64,000 bases of DNA from NCBI GenBank assembly GCA_002633005.1, contig NMRA01000309.1:460125-524124 (forward strand), written 5' to 3'. The position numbers were made by a program, and so were the translations under genes. The first letter of the stretch is position 1. Each line of letters begins with the position of its first letter. This document shows, one piece after another, positions 22,621-34,858 of the stretch. Under the pieces are notes generated by a model. It did no database searches. It was not told the DNA's origin and worked only from the letters and a program-made list of their open reading frames with translations. Origin of the DNA: Phoronis australis (taxonomy: Eukaryota > Animalia > Phoronida).

Positions 22621-25600
22621 GACCTTGCTGTACTTGTTGATGAATGGGCGGTTCCTGTGCCACACGCTCCTGTTCATTTCTCTGTGCCCGCCGGCGGATT
22701 CTGAATAACCCAGTATTGTATCTACAGATAGTGACGAACACACATTAAATTCACGGCCAGGGGCAAAATCAAGTTTTGACGAGCTCACTTTCACTGAAAA
22801 TATCTTGTGAAAAGGATAGGCAGATAGAACTTTGCTAAAAAATTAACAACTCGTCACTTATTTACATCTATGGGCCTGTTTCACTATAACGCTCTCTGAA
22901 CACAACATAAAAAGATTGTCAGATGTAGGCAATTTGTAATCCTATTCTTTGACAACTGCACATGTAACACATATTTATAGAAACCATGAGAATGTTGTTG
23001 ACAGATCCAGGCAACAGTAACAAATGGTCAAAGACTGAATTGTAAGCAACAAAAAACAACGTAAATATATAAACATTCAGGCTAGGTTCTTACTTTCAGC
23101 TTTATCCTACTACGAGGACAGAAATTCTAATCAGTAAAATGCTTGGGCAGTACTCACATCCACACTAAAACGAAGAGACCAAACACGATCATGAAGCGAC
23201 CAAAAGTAGAGTAGAAGTAGAGAATGGCAAACAGCACAGCTGCACGACTCATCACATAGACCCAGTCCAGCCAATCGCGTACACCTTCGTCTTCATCATC
23301 ATCCATTATTGGGCCGCCTTGTGCATTCATGCGCATGTTCTGGTTCGCTGCCGCATTCTGTACTGGTGCTCTCTGAGGTGCTGCGGGTGCAGCTTGGGCA
23401 GGGAGTCCATGGGCAGAAGCCGATGTGGGGCTGGGTGGAACGGCGCTGTGTTGTAAACTGGAACGGAAATGGTAGTAATTAAAAAGAGCCAGGACTGGAC
23501 CTAGAAACTAAGAAAATAATATTAAAGCTATATATAAAACAAAATGAACAATATCTTATTTGAAAGCAACAAACGCATTTCAGGCTTTAACATATGACCC
23601 AGCGAAAGATATCTAGACACCCTGATGTGACGCAACTCAACAAATGGAGACGCTCAAAACACCCTAAGTTCAACTATTGGATTCAACTTTAGTTCACTTC
23701 GCATTTTTGTAAGACAGCAGAATCATCAAACATAGAAAATTAAAATGCCATGTTGGAGCATTTGAAAAACAAAAGATTGTCTAAAGTGAACATTTAATTA
23801 TGTCAAAAGAAGAGAATTCTGCTTTTAAATATCAAGTGCCTGCTTTAACACTATTTTCAGCAAAAGAATATTGATCATCTTACATAAGATAGAGCAAATA
23901 TAGTTAGTTCATTCTTACTATTGCATATATTGTGCCATCTGTTGAGCATACATCTGCTGCATCCATGCCATCTGTTGGGGATTGTAGTGATGACCATTTG
24001 AAGTTTGCTGGTGATGATGAAAATGGCTGAAATGTGAAATGATTAAGTGAGATAAAAATATTCCATCCAGCAAAACAAAAAAGATAATAGCACAAGAAAT
24101 ACCACACTCGTTTTAGTTTAGGCACAGAGTACTTAAATTGAGAGATTAAAACATCAGGAGGTGCATATTAACCCTAGCATGGATGTTTAAAAATGAAATT
24201 ATTAAGAATTTGACATGGCCATTCACCTGAACGGGCAATTCACCAATGCAAATGGTTTCACCATTATCTTCCACACAAGTCAAAAAGCCAGCGAACCAAA
24301 ACACCAAATCATTCTCAGTACAAGCCAAGCTTTTAACCTGTCCCTTACATAGTTTCAGATATAGAGGAGCTGAATTGAAATGTCTGCCACAAAGGGATAA
24401 AAATGGCAGCCGAGCTCTCCTCAACAGGAACATAAATGCTAAATTTTATGAACATCTGTCAAAGAACTTGGTATGTATTAGGCAGGCACAAAAACACAAT
24501 AAAGTTGAATCAAAGCACTTGGTAGATTAATATATGAGGCATACGTAAAAAAACCTAAATTGCCATTACAGGTAAAGCAGTAATCTCTCATTTCAATATC
24601 TTTATGCAGCAATATTTTTTCTGGCCAGTAAAATGCGAATTTAAAATAGGTTGCCATTGTTGCTGGCCAAAACATCAACACGCGAATAGAATACAACCAA
24701 AAAGATAATAACAAACAATCTTTTATAAACTTTTTCAAGTACTGAGTTAAAATTTCTGTTCTGAACATCCGTTTTTGATGGTGAACTCTACAAGATCTTC
24801 ACACTGAGTCAGAGCCCATTTTCACAAAAGTCCTCATTCCTTGAATACCTAAATGCATGCTGATAGGCCATAAGGTTAGGCTGTGTCTGTATGTGGCTCA
24901 TGCGATTCCTCAGACCATCGGGCAAAGCAGTTGGAGTGAAAGACGACTCAGATGACAAATTTCCCTGCAATACCATGTAATCATTATCTTCAAAATTGTT
25001 AATAGTTTCACCAAGGAGACATTATCAAATCTAAAAATTATAATTACGTACAAACTAGAATTTAACTATTAGGATATATTTTCTGAAAGTTCTAAGCCAT
25101 TCAACTTTATATTTATCTATAGGGACATGTGACCATGTTTTTTTAGAAAAAATAAAAAAAGAAAGGTAAAATCACACCAGAAGAAAAGTAGCAACAACAT
25201 GACTAAATTGCTGTTTAAACAAATGCTTGAGATGAAATTTCAAAAATGCTGTTGCAGTTTTATAAATTTTTATTTTGTTTTATTCAACTTTCCATTTTTT
25301 CATGATAAGTCTTATTGTTATTGACCCTCATGCACAATTGGAACATTTAAAACACAATTCTAAACAGCATTTTGGACAGCACTGCATGTATGTGAAAGTT
25401 TCGTATCAGAGGAACCATTACTGAGATATGACATTCCAAAATTAGCTAAATTCAGACACTTAAGAGCTTAACACATAAAGTACTCATCAATTATACCTGA
25501 TTCATGTCAGTTGATGTTCACTGATCAAACATTTCAAAAGTAAAAAACTTACGGCACATTCTTCAAATATTTTGCAGAAAAATAATTGCAAAAATTATCA

Positions 25601-28600
25601 TTTCCTATTTTGAAAAGGTTGTCTATCTGGCAAGAAATAATTCAGATTTCATCAGCTTTTGTGTCATGACAATCAAGAGAAAGGTAACAAAATATTTCTC
25701 TTATCTGCCATATTGTGTACTTGGTAGGTGAACATTAGTGGGATTACTACTTGCTAAGGCCAAACACTGAGAGTAATGTGACTTAGTTGGGCAGAACCGA
25801 ACTATAGTAAGACCCCTTTCAACTAATACTAACCACGTCTGGCGTAGACTGACTGGAGGGCAGAGAAGCTGTGCTATCCGCAACACTAGTGCCATCTGTT
25901 GATGAACAAACCAGGTGCATCGTGTGTGTTATACCCAGATCATCCTTAGAACAAAGAGGGAGAGTGCAAATAATTCTCACTATGCACTTAACTGATTCAT
26001 ACATTACTCAAAGTATTGCAGTTCAACACGTTGACATTTCTTAGTACAAACCATCAATATGACATTTTAGGGATAGTTAAGATGACATAGAAGTGCTCAT
26101 TTGGTGACCCGCAGTTCGCTAATATGAATTCAGACTGCATTTGGTGGCCTTTAGCTTGCCAATAAGACTTCAGATTACATTTGGAGAGCTGGGAAAAACC
26201 CCAAGTAGCCACAACAAGTATAGCAAAGTCAGACAATAATTCACTCAAAATTTGCTTCAAAATTTGTATTGACTTCCAAACTTTAAATTTTCCAGATTCA
26301 ATACGTTTGGTTCACAATTATTCTGTTTATTTCCTGAAATCAGGGCATTTCCCAGCACATATCAAACACATACCTCAAATTACAACAGGAAGTAATGAGA
26401 CAGAAGACTGAATTGTTCAGGAAAAATTGGGCGAGGTCAGAAAATAAAACAAGCACCTCTAGTGCTCTCGATCATCTGCATTCTCCATTGGAATTCAGTT
26501 AGATTGCTTCAGGGGGAGCAAACCGAAATACAACTAGGAAATATATGTGAATGAACTTGGATAAACACTGTTTAATTGACCGGAGCCGACATGGAGACCA
26601 CTGTTGGATGACTGAAAAAAGGTCAGCCTTGGATCGTGCGACTGAGATGCCTGGCATAATCAAAGTAATGTACACCGAAATTACTCAGTGAATGGTGTAT
26701 ATTTGCAGGAAAAATGGAAGAGGTATGCGTAATTTTAGTAATGATAACAGTGGCACATTGCGGCGATTTCAAACCTCAATTTTGGAGACCTCAGTTTTCA
26801 TTTGACGACCTGGAATTTTAGCTCAGCTGCATTTGGCAAGTAGATGTTAAGCTAAGTGTTGAGCACTACACAGTGTAAATTGAAATCATTTTCATCTTCT
26901 AGTAATGTCCTCCTATTAACACGATAAACACTTTAGTGTGACTGCTGAAACATAAACTTAATAATGTAATCAACAACAGTATTTCCATGGTATCTTATAC
27001 TACTTCTTTATGGGTGTGGAAATGATTCCATGGCTACATCTCTAAATTCCAGCTTTAAGTCCACAAAACACAGTCGCGGACAAGCAAACATCAAACTCCA
27101 TACAACAACTGAGCATAGTCTTAGCTACACAGTGCCATGTTGCACTTCGCCATGAATAGCTGGCTAAAAAACAAAAATCGACTTAAGACTTTTACTATCA
27201 CAAAATCAGTCTCATATTCTTTACAGTGATGAGATACTTTTTTATCGCTATTTTAAACTTGCAGTTAGCATTTACCGTATTCGCCGTAATAACCGCCCAT
27301 GCCCCTATAAGCGCCCCCCCACGCGTTTTCAGACTTTGCTGAAATAAACGCCCAGTCCATGAACGTGTACACGCGAAAAATGACGTACCTACAGTCCTAA
27401 AACTCGGCTACAGTAACGTCTTCAATTTATCAAAACAAGAGCAACGCAGAGTGTTGAAATGCGCCCACAATTGCACCGTATACGGTATCCTTCTAGGGTT
27501 GTTTATTGGTACGATAAAGTGGCCAGTAGAGGGCATATATGCAGTATGTTGTACTTTGCAAAATGGAAAGGCATGGTCATTGTCTCCTCAATAGGCTAGG
27601 GGCAAAATGTGAGTGATCTTCACAATACAAGCACATCTTATACATCAGTTGCTTAAAGCACCACAGAAACATAGAATTAAAAACAAATTTACCAACATAC
27701 GAGATTAGCACAGCATTAGAATGCCAGAAACAAATTTCTACTTGGAACTTTTCCTTCATAGTCACGAAGTAACACAAAGTATACACCTGAAGACCTATGA
27801 AAATACAGAGGTCAATGTAAAATACTAAAATTGCCACTAGAGGCAAATACTAAAATTGCCACTAGAGGCATACCGGTAGTCAGAATCATCCTAAAGTCGT
27901 CATCGTCCGTTGTCAACATCACATAAATACACTTGCTAAATTTAGTAAAGATCCTGCAAACGGTTTGGGAGATACAGCCATGGGCGCAAAAAAACAAAAC
28001 TGCCACTAGGAGGCGCCACAGTAGTCCAAATCGTCTGAAAATCATTGTCAGCTGTCTTCCTTATAGTAAGCACATACACGCCAATTTTCACAATCATCCT
28101 TTGAGCGGTTTGGTTGATAGAGGGGTGGACGCAAAAATACAGACTCGAAAACAGTAAAAATGGCCACTAGGTGGCGCAAACTACGTCGAATCCATCTGAA
28201 AACAGTAGGATAGCGTCATCTCACTAATAGGTGCCTACATACCAAATTTCATGAAAATCCGTTCAATACTTTTGAAGATACAAAGGTAAGCGTAAAAAAC
28301 TAAAATTGCCACTAGGGGGCACACCGGTAGTCGGATCCGACCAAAAGTCGTCATCTTCCGTTGTTAACATCATATAAATATACTTACACAATTTGTAAAG
28401 ATCCTGCGAACGGTTTAGGAGATACAGCCATAGGCGCAAAAAAACAAAACTGCCACTAGGAGGCGCCACAGTAGTCGAAATCGTCGGAAAATCATCGTCA
28501 ACCGTCCTCTACATAGTAAGCATATACATGCCAATTTTCACAATCATCCTTCGAGCGGTTTGGTTGATAGAGGGGTGGACGCACAAAAACAGACTCGAAA

Positions 28601-31600
28601 ACACTAAAAATGGCCACTAGGTGGTGCAAACTATGTCGAATCCATCTGAAAATGGCAGGATAGCGTCATCTCACTAATAGGTGCCTACACACTAAATTTC
28701 ATGAAAATCCATTCAGGACTTTTGAAGATATAAAGGTAAGCGTAAAAAACTTAAAATTGCCACTAGGGGGCACACCGGTAGTCGGATCCGTCCAAAAGTC
28801 GTCATCTTCCGTTGATAACATCATATAAATATACTTACACAATTTCGTAACGATCCTCCGAACGGTTTAGGAGATACAGCCATAGGCGCAAAAAACAAAA
28901 CTGCCACTAGGAGGTGCTACAGTGGTCGAAATCATCGGAAAATCATCGTCAACCGTCCTCTACATAGTAAGCATATACATGCCAATTTTCACAATCATCC
29001 TTTGAGCGGTTTGGTTGATAGAGGGGTGAACGCACAAAACAGACTCGAAAACACTAAAAATGGCCACTAGGTGGCGCAAACTATGTCGAATCCATCTGAA
29101 AATGGCAGGATAGCGTCATCTCACTAATAGGTGCCTACATACTAAATTTTATGAAAATCCGTTCAGGACTTTTGAAGATACAAAGGTAATCGTAAAAAAC
29201 TAAAATTGCCACTAGGGGACACACCCGTAGTCGGATCCGTCCGAAAGTTCGCATATGCCGTCCCATTCATATATGGAACATATGTGCCAAATTTCATGAA
29301 CGTATGTCAAAGGGTTTTGGAGATAAAGCAGCGGACGCCGGACACCGGACGGACGCCTCCCGGACGGACGCCTCCCGGACGGACGGATGGACAGAGATGA
29401 CGGCATAATGCGTCCACATATAAATATGTGGGCGCATAAAAGAATTGCATGGGTCTTCTAGACCACCAGCGGCACTGCTACCTTTGTATTTAGCCGTGAC
29501 TTTACACTTCAAAGTAACGCAGCGCTTCAAAATGAACGCAACAGCGTTGTTTCTCTCTCGCGACGACCGTGTCCCACTATGGTCTGACCTTTCGGTAGAC
29601 ACATCGACTGTCTCATGAATAAAAATAACTCGGTGTTAAACGAACATGGCCAGGAAGCGCGCGCGCTACATACATGAACCTGTCATCAAAGACATTAGTC
29701 GGGAACTATCCATTCATGAAACGGGTAGCATAGCATCGTCAAGAAATGAATATTGGCACTAATTTTCGACAGTTTCTAATACTATAAAACATGTTTGCGT
29801 TATTTTTGAGATGGATTGTTTGATTAACCATAATTGGTGTTTTTAAGCCGAATATCCGATAAAAGGACAACTGACAGTGAATGCTTACACACCCTTACAC
29901 CGAAAAATAACTGTCAGATAGTTACGTATGCATCCAGCTACACGGCGACTAATATGGGCCTTACCGAGACAAATGTCGAAAGTTTTTAGCACGAGACCGG
30001 CAAGTGCTGAATGAAACACCCTCTGGTTTAGGCCTACTGCCCGTGCAAATTTCTTTAGACACATCTAGCTAGTTAGAATGCGTGCCTCTGGCCAAAAGAC
30101 GGTCTCTGCTTTGGCAAATGAACTCTGGTGACACGCACGTGTTCGCTTATTCGCAGACGAACTTCAAAACAAACGTCACGTGACAACAACATGTTTGTTC
30201 GTCCAGACATTTTTCTCGCCATGTTGCCGATCATACATGTAGATGGCACGATGCTGCACAGATTTGTACTTAAACCTGCCGTTAATCCAGACTCCACGGG
30301 AACTTAAAAAATCTTAGAGACGCTACTTATCAAACTTAATGAGGATTTCAGGTATTTTGCTTGAGTCGAAACCATTTTTATTCAAGCATTGAAATTGCTT
30401 TATCGAAGACGGCGATTTCGAGGCAGTCAGTCGGCGAGTTTTCGCCCTGGGATTTCAGCACAATTTTCTGCAAAATGATCGTAATTTAGCAGCAAAGTTT
30501 GACAGCAATGCACCACAGTTTTGTTGAAAGTCTTTCATAGATTACATATACGTTACAGAGCATAAATTTGATGAATCTTAGCTTCCGGTTTCACCCGTTT
30601 CGGAGAACGGGTTTCAACCGCCTTGGGTTATAAGTGCCCCCCCTGAACTGAACTTTTCTAAGTGCCCTGGGCGGTTATTACGGCGAATACGGTAAGCGTT
30701 TTTCGAGTCGCTGATGGTTTCGAAACAGAATGCTAAATCATGATTAAGGAATACCGGTTTTATGAGGGAGAAAAGGGGTCATTCGATTTTTGCTTTTTAG
30801 CCAGCTTAACTGCAGTTTCAATCTTACCCTTCGTAAAATATCTTTTAGTTTGAGATGATCGTGTAGTAATTTTCCTGAGTAAATTATTCTCTGTTGGTCC
30901 TCTTTCTGAAACACAAAGATGTAGACAAGGTTGATAAACAAAACCTATATAACAAGTGATGTCAAATGCAGCCGTTCAACAAACATGAGTTGAATGTTCG
31001 GCTGACAATGTTTTCTTCAAACATTCATATTCAAAGAAGCTGACGATACACATGATACTGTTCACACCACCAGTAAAATGTTAAGTCAATGCTTGCTATG
31101 TTACTGTTCACACTACCAGTAAAATGTTAAGTCAATGCTTGCTATGATACTGTTCACACCACCAGTAAAATGTTAAGTCAATGCTTGCTATGATACTGTT
31201 CACACCACCAGTAAAATGTTAAGTCAATGCTTGCTATGATACTGTTCACACCACCAGTAAAATGTTAAGTCAATGCTTGCTATGATACTGTTCACACTAC
31301 CAGTAAAATGTTAAGTCAATGCTTGCTATAAGTAACCATACGAGAGCAACATATACGCTTAACTGACAACAAAAAGTGTTTCTGGATTAGATCCATTTTG
31401 TATAATGTTTTATTGCAAAACCACACAACAAGAAATATACTCATTCCTATTTTTACTCGAGGACAAGATATACACAAGAAGTGATCAATGCTGAGAATAG
31501 CAACAATCTTAACCCTTAACGCCTTAATCACACAAAAATCAGTTCATTGTGACATAAACTTTTCAATAAATTTCCTTGGTACGCAAGCTGTGAGCAACGA

Positions 31601-31819
31601 ATTCAAACTGAAGGAAATACAAAAACTTTACAAAATCAAAATCAGGAAAACTTGAGAGGCATGGAATTTTAAATGTCTTACTGGCTGCGATGGATAGACA
31701 TCCGACAGATGCTGTTTTAATTTTTTTACAGTCCATCCAAGAGCGCACTCTACCGTCTGGTCATCTATTTTCTGGTTGGGTGCCTTGACCACTATGGTCA
31801 CTGGCATGTTGAGATCCAT
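22232..31819 (-). CDS. HERPUD: Homocysteine-inducible ER protein with ubiquitin-like domain (HERP, HERPUD1/2 orthologue; ~384 aa, 8 coding exons)
   Basis: Exons 31819-31682, 30905-30828, 25944-25834, 24964-24849, 24026-23919, 23457-23158, 22721-22583 and 22396-22232 (1155 nt, in phase). UBL domain VKAPNQK...WTVKKLKQHLSDVYPSQP...QRIIYSGKLLHDH...HLVC; DGLRNR; MRMNAQGGP...RDWLDWVY; C-terminal TFFWTFLTSLFPE. Confidence 0.93.
22583..22621 (-). repeat. Coding (CAA)n microsatellite giving ~13 Gln in HERPUD
   Basis: Pure (gtt)n run at the 3' end of exon 22721-22583. Confidence 0.9.
27275..30692. mobile_element. Non-autonomous Tc2/pogo-like (Tc1/mariner) DNA transposon carrying a nested insertion
   Basis: Perfect ~25-bp TIRs ccgtattcgccgtaataaccgccca / tgggcggttattacggcgaatacgg; TA on both flanks; subterminal tataagcgccccc motifs; no transposase ORF; ~1.4 kb without the insert. 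Confidence 0.85.
27434..29439 (+). mobile_element. Helentron-type non-autonomous element (HINE / pearl-CvA-like) with internal satellite array
   Basis: 5' aacaagagcaacgcagag; subterminal inverted repeat atgcgcccaca / tgtgggcgcat; three ~450-bp tandem units; (GGAC)n microsatellite; 3' hairpin cacatataaatatgtg; inserted in an A run. Confidence 0.8.
31052..31329. repeat. 46-bp minisatellite, 6 copies
   Basis: Unit atgatactgttcacaccaccagtaaaatgttaagtcaatgcttgct repeated contiguously with no spacers. Confidence 0.92.
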
Positions 31820-32194
31820 CTCGTTCTGGGACAGCTTGATATTTTCACAGATAACAGGTGGTACAGTGAAAGGTTAGATGGTCAGTCACTTTTTGTTCTG
31901 AAAAAAATAGTACTAACTTCAGAGTAGGCTTTTGACTTTTTACACTAACTGTCAGTGAAGCAATGAAATCATTTCACATGTGATATAGACAACATTAATT
32001 TTGTTTTTACAGAGCATGACTATCTCGGTATCAAATTGTTTGAATGCAGTCATTAAATGTAAGTCATTAATACTAAAATGAAGTAGACCAAATGACCACA
32101 ATAAATTTAACCCATTATCTTTTTAAAGGTTGTAGCCAGCTAGCTAGCTGTGTATGATATCACCGTCTGAGCCAACTATGCTCCTGGCACACAC

Positions 32195-33626
32195 AATGTA
32201 AAAATGGCCACTGGCCGATTTGGGCAACTGAATGAAGTACTGCTCGAAAAAAGTTTGATTACGAATATTATTTTATTCAGGTTGGAAAGAACTGAAGACA
32301 TCAACTGGCCATTTTTACACTGCGTGCACTATTTTTACCGATCATGTGCAGTGTTGAAAATGGCCAGTGACTGATTTGAGTAACTGAATGAAGGAATGCT
32401 CGAAGAAAAAGTTTGATTTTCATTACTATAGTATTTGTTCGAGTTTGAAGGAATTAGACATCAACGCCAACGGCCTCCAAGTCCAAGTACCAAGTAGGCA
32501 ATGACCATCGCCTCTGTTGGCCCGAACCAGAGGCGATGCAGCTCCTATAGGCGCTCTGTACGCCGGAAGCTTTTCGGCGAATTATGCCTCGCACCGACTA
32601 AACCATCAAAGTCACGTTGTTATAAATACCTTTTGCGCATAGAGGAACACCTTAGGAGGTTGTCGATGTGTTTAATTCCTTCCAACTCGAACAAATACTC
32701 CCGTTGTGAAACTTTTTCTTCGAGCAGTCCCTATTTCAGTTCCCAAAATTGTGAAATCAACATTTTCGTTTTTTTTAACCAGGCCGAAGGTCAGAAGTTG
32801 CGGTCCTACCGCCAAACTTTGAAAGCTGAAGTTCCCGCCCTTTGCGTACATGCTGCCGGGAACCAGCCATGCATTTGCCGTGTTGTTAAACATTAAAATG
32901 TAAAATATGTGCACAAAGACTATTAAATGTCATATCAACAGCATTTATTTTTATCAAATACAAACAATAATTCATTGAAATACAATCAGTTTCAAGTAAC
33001 GCCAATTAAAGACAAGTATAAGTGGTGGCATTTTGGAAACGAACATTTGACTGACAAGACCACAATGGGTCACCTTTGGCCTATTTAAAGATTGAGGTCA
33101 TGAAGTTACATCACCTAGCGAGCGCGGTAAAAATTGGAGCGTGCGCGGTAAAAATTGGAGTGTGCGCGGTAAAAATTGGAGCGTGCGCAGCATAAAACTG
33201 GTGAGTTCACGATTTTGGGAACTGAAATAGGGACTGCTCGAAGAAAAAGTTTCATAATGGGAGTATTTGTTCGAGTTGGAAGGAATTAAACACATCGACA
33301 ACCTCCTAAGGTGTTCCTCTATGCGCAAACGGTATTTATAACAACGTGACTTTGATGGTTTAGTCGGTGCGAGGCATAATTCGCCAAAAACCTTCCGGCG
33401 TACAGAGCGCCTATAGGAGCTGCATCGCCTCTGATTCGGGCCAACAGAGGCGATGGTCATTGCCTTAGTACCAAGATGTCCCTCTCATACTCTAATCCCT
33501 ATGCGCAAAAGATACTTACCGTATAACTTTGATGTATCATTGTGAGGCATAATTCACTGACAAGTTTTCGGCGAAGAAAAAGAGTATTAGGAATCTCAAC
33601 TGGGGCCAACAGACAGTGGCCACTGT
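32195..33626. mobile_element. Old degenerate copy of the Mutator-like MITE arm, split by the young copy
   Basis: 32195-32470 (two tandem pieces) and 33476-33626 align in order with the right TIR of the young element (actgctcgaagaaaaagttt, gtatttgttcgagtt, atgcgcaaaa, gaggcataattc, gggccaacaga). Confidence 0.65.
32495..33466. mobile_element. Young Mutator/foldback-like MITE, 972 bp, ~260-bp TIRs
   Basis: TIRs ~32495-32757 and ~33204-33466 are nearly identical, which explains the mirror ORFs MTIASVGPNQ on both strands. Perfect 9-bp TSD AGTACCAAG (32486-32494 / 33467-33475); internal 21-bp repeat x3 at 33121-33187. Confidence 0.9.
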
Positions 33627-33678
33627 TTGGTAAAGTAAAGTTAGATTAAGAAGACATGGTCAGCCTGGAGTGAAGGGT

Positions 33679-33915
33679 TGATGCAACGCAGGCAGTTATA
33701 TCTCGATAATCGACTTCAAGTGCCTCAAATAAAAGTTTCTGGCGGGTGACCAGATCTCAGTTTGCGAACTAACATATATTGTTTAACTCACCGACAGTTA
33801 ATCACGTTTTGAGGAACTGAACAGTGCTTTGGAAAGTAAACTCCTCTACAAAACAGACATCTTGTTTTTTGTTGTGACGTAAATTGGCTCGGAATATTTG
33901 GCTCTTTTTGATTGG
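33679..33915. promoter_or_regulatory. Candidate ER-stress-responsive promoter between HERPUD and GDPD
   Basis: C/EBP-ATF site TGATGCAA at 33679-33686; CRE/UPRE-like GTGACGTAA abutting ATTGG at 33874-33887; second ATTGG at 33911-33915. Confidence 0.5.
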
Positions 33916-34858
33916 TCACTCTTGTGCTTCGGAAAATCCCGGTAGCCGTCAAACTTGATCTACGCAAATACCCGAGGATAGACGGGATGTCCCGAATGAT
34001 ATTGGAGTTGAATATTTTTGCAAGATGTTTGAAGTTGAATTGAATTAATTTTGAAAAATATTTTAAAACCCGTTGGATATTACAAATATTCATGAATAGA
34101 TGTAGATTTCAAGCTTTACAAATTATGCAATTGACAACTGACGCCTGACGGTGACCTAAAATAGGTTTATTTACTTCCGCATTGGAACGCCAGTGAAACT
34201 CCACCCGCGTGAGCTGTGTAGTTTCGAGTGTGGTTTTCATTCTCAAAACCTTGTTGAAGTTTTTCGAAAACCTCCAAGTGACCACCAGTATCAAACAGGC
34301 AGTCCATTCTACGTGAATGCTTAAGAATGGTGTCACAATTGTTAACAATTTGAAGAACAACCAGTCAGCTGAATGTGACCTCTGCCGTTCACCTCTAGTG
34401 CCTGTGGATATGCCAGCTGCAAGTGCTCCTTTCCACATCTTACCTTCTGCCGGTGTTTCGTTGCCAGTCTACCCTAATCTAATAGCATATCAGCGCTTAA
34501 GCTGTGACGTTCTGGGAGACATTTAAAGTGGAAGCTTATTGTATCCTGGAGCGTGTACAACAATTTCATGGTTCAACACAGCTTAGTGTTATAGTTCCTT
34601 CAATTTTAAATGTTTTTTGTAATCAGAAGAGAACTATTTGGTTAAACCTATGGCAATTGTGGTGAACACTGAAATGGCCCATCGTGAATTCCTCTTGGGA
34701 GTAATTCTTTCAGTTATCATGTCTGACAATTAATCTGTGAACTGTTGACAAGACATACAGATTTCACCTGTATTGAAGACTCGATCAGTGTTTTCCTGTG
34801 CTGTGGTTCATAAAACCATCCAGTTTGCCTGAGCACTGGCATTTGGAACCCAAGAAGA

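Noticed and set aside
31052-31329. CRISPR-like array
   Set aside because: Contiguous 46-bp units without unique spacers, in a eukaryotic intron, with no cas genes.
32501-33460. Mirror-image ORFs MTIASVGPNQ... (131 and 120 aa) as a gene pair
   Set aside because: They are simply translations of the two TIRs of a MITE.
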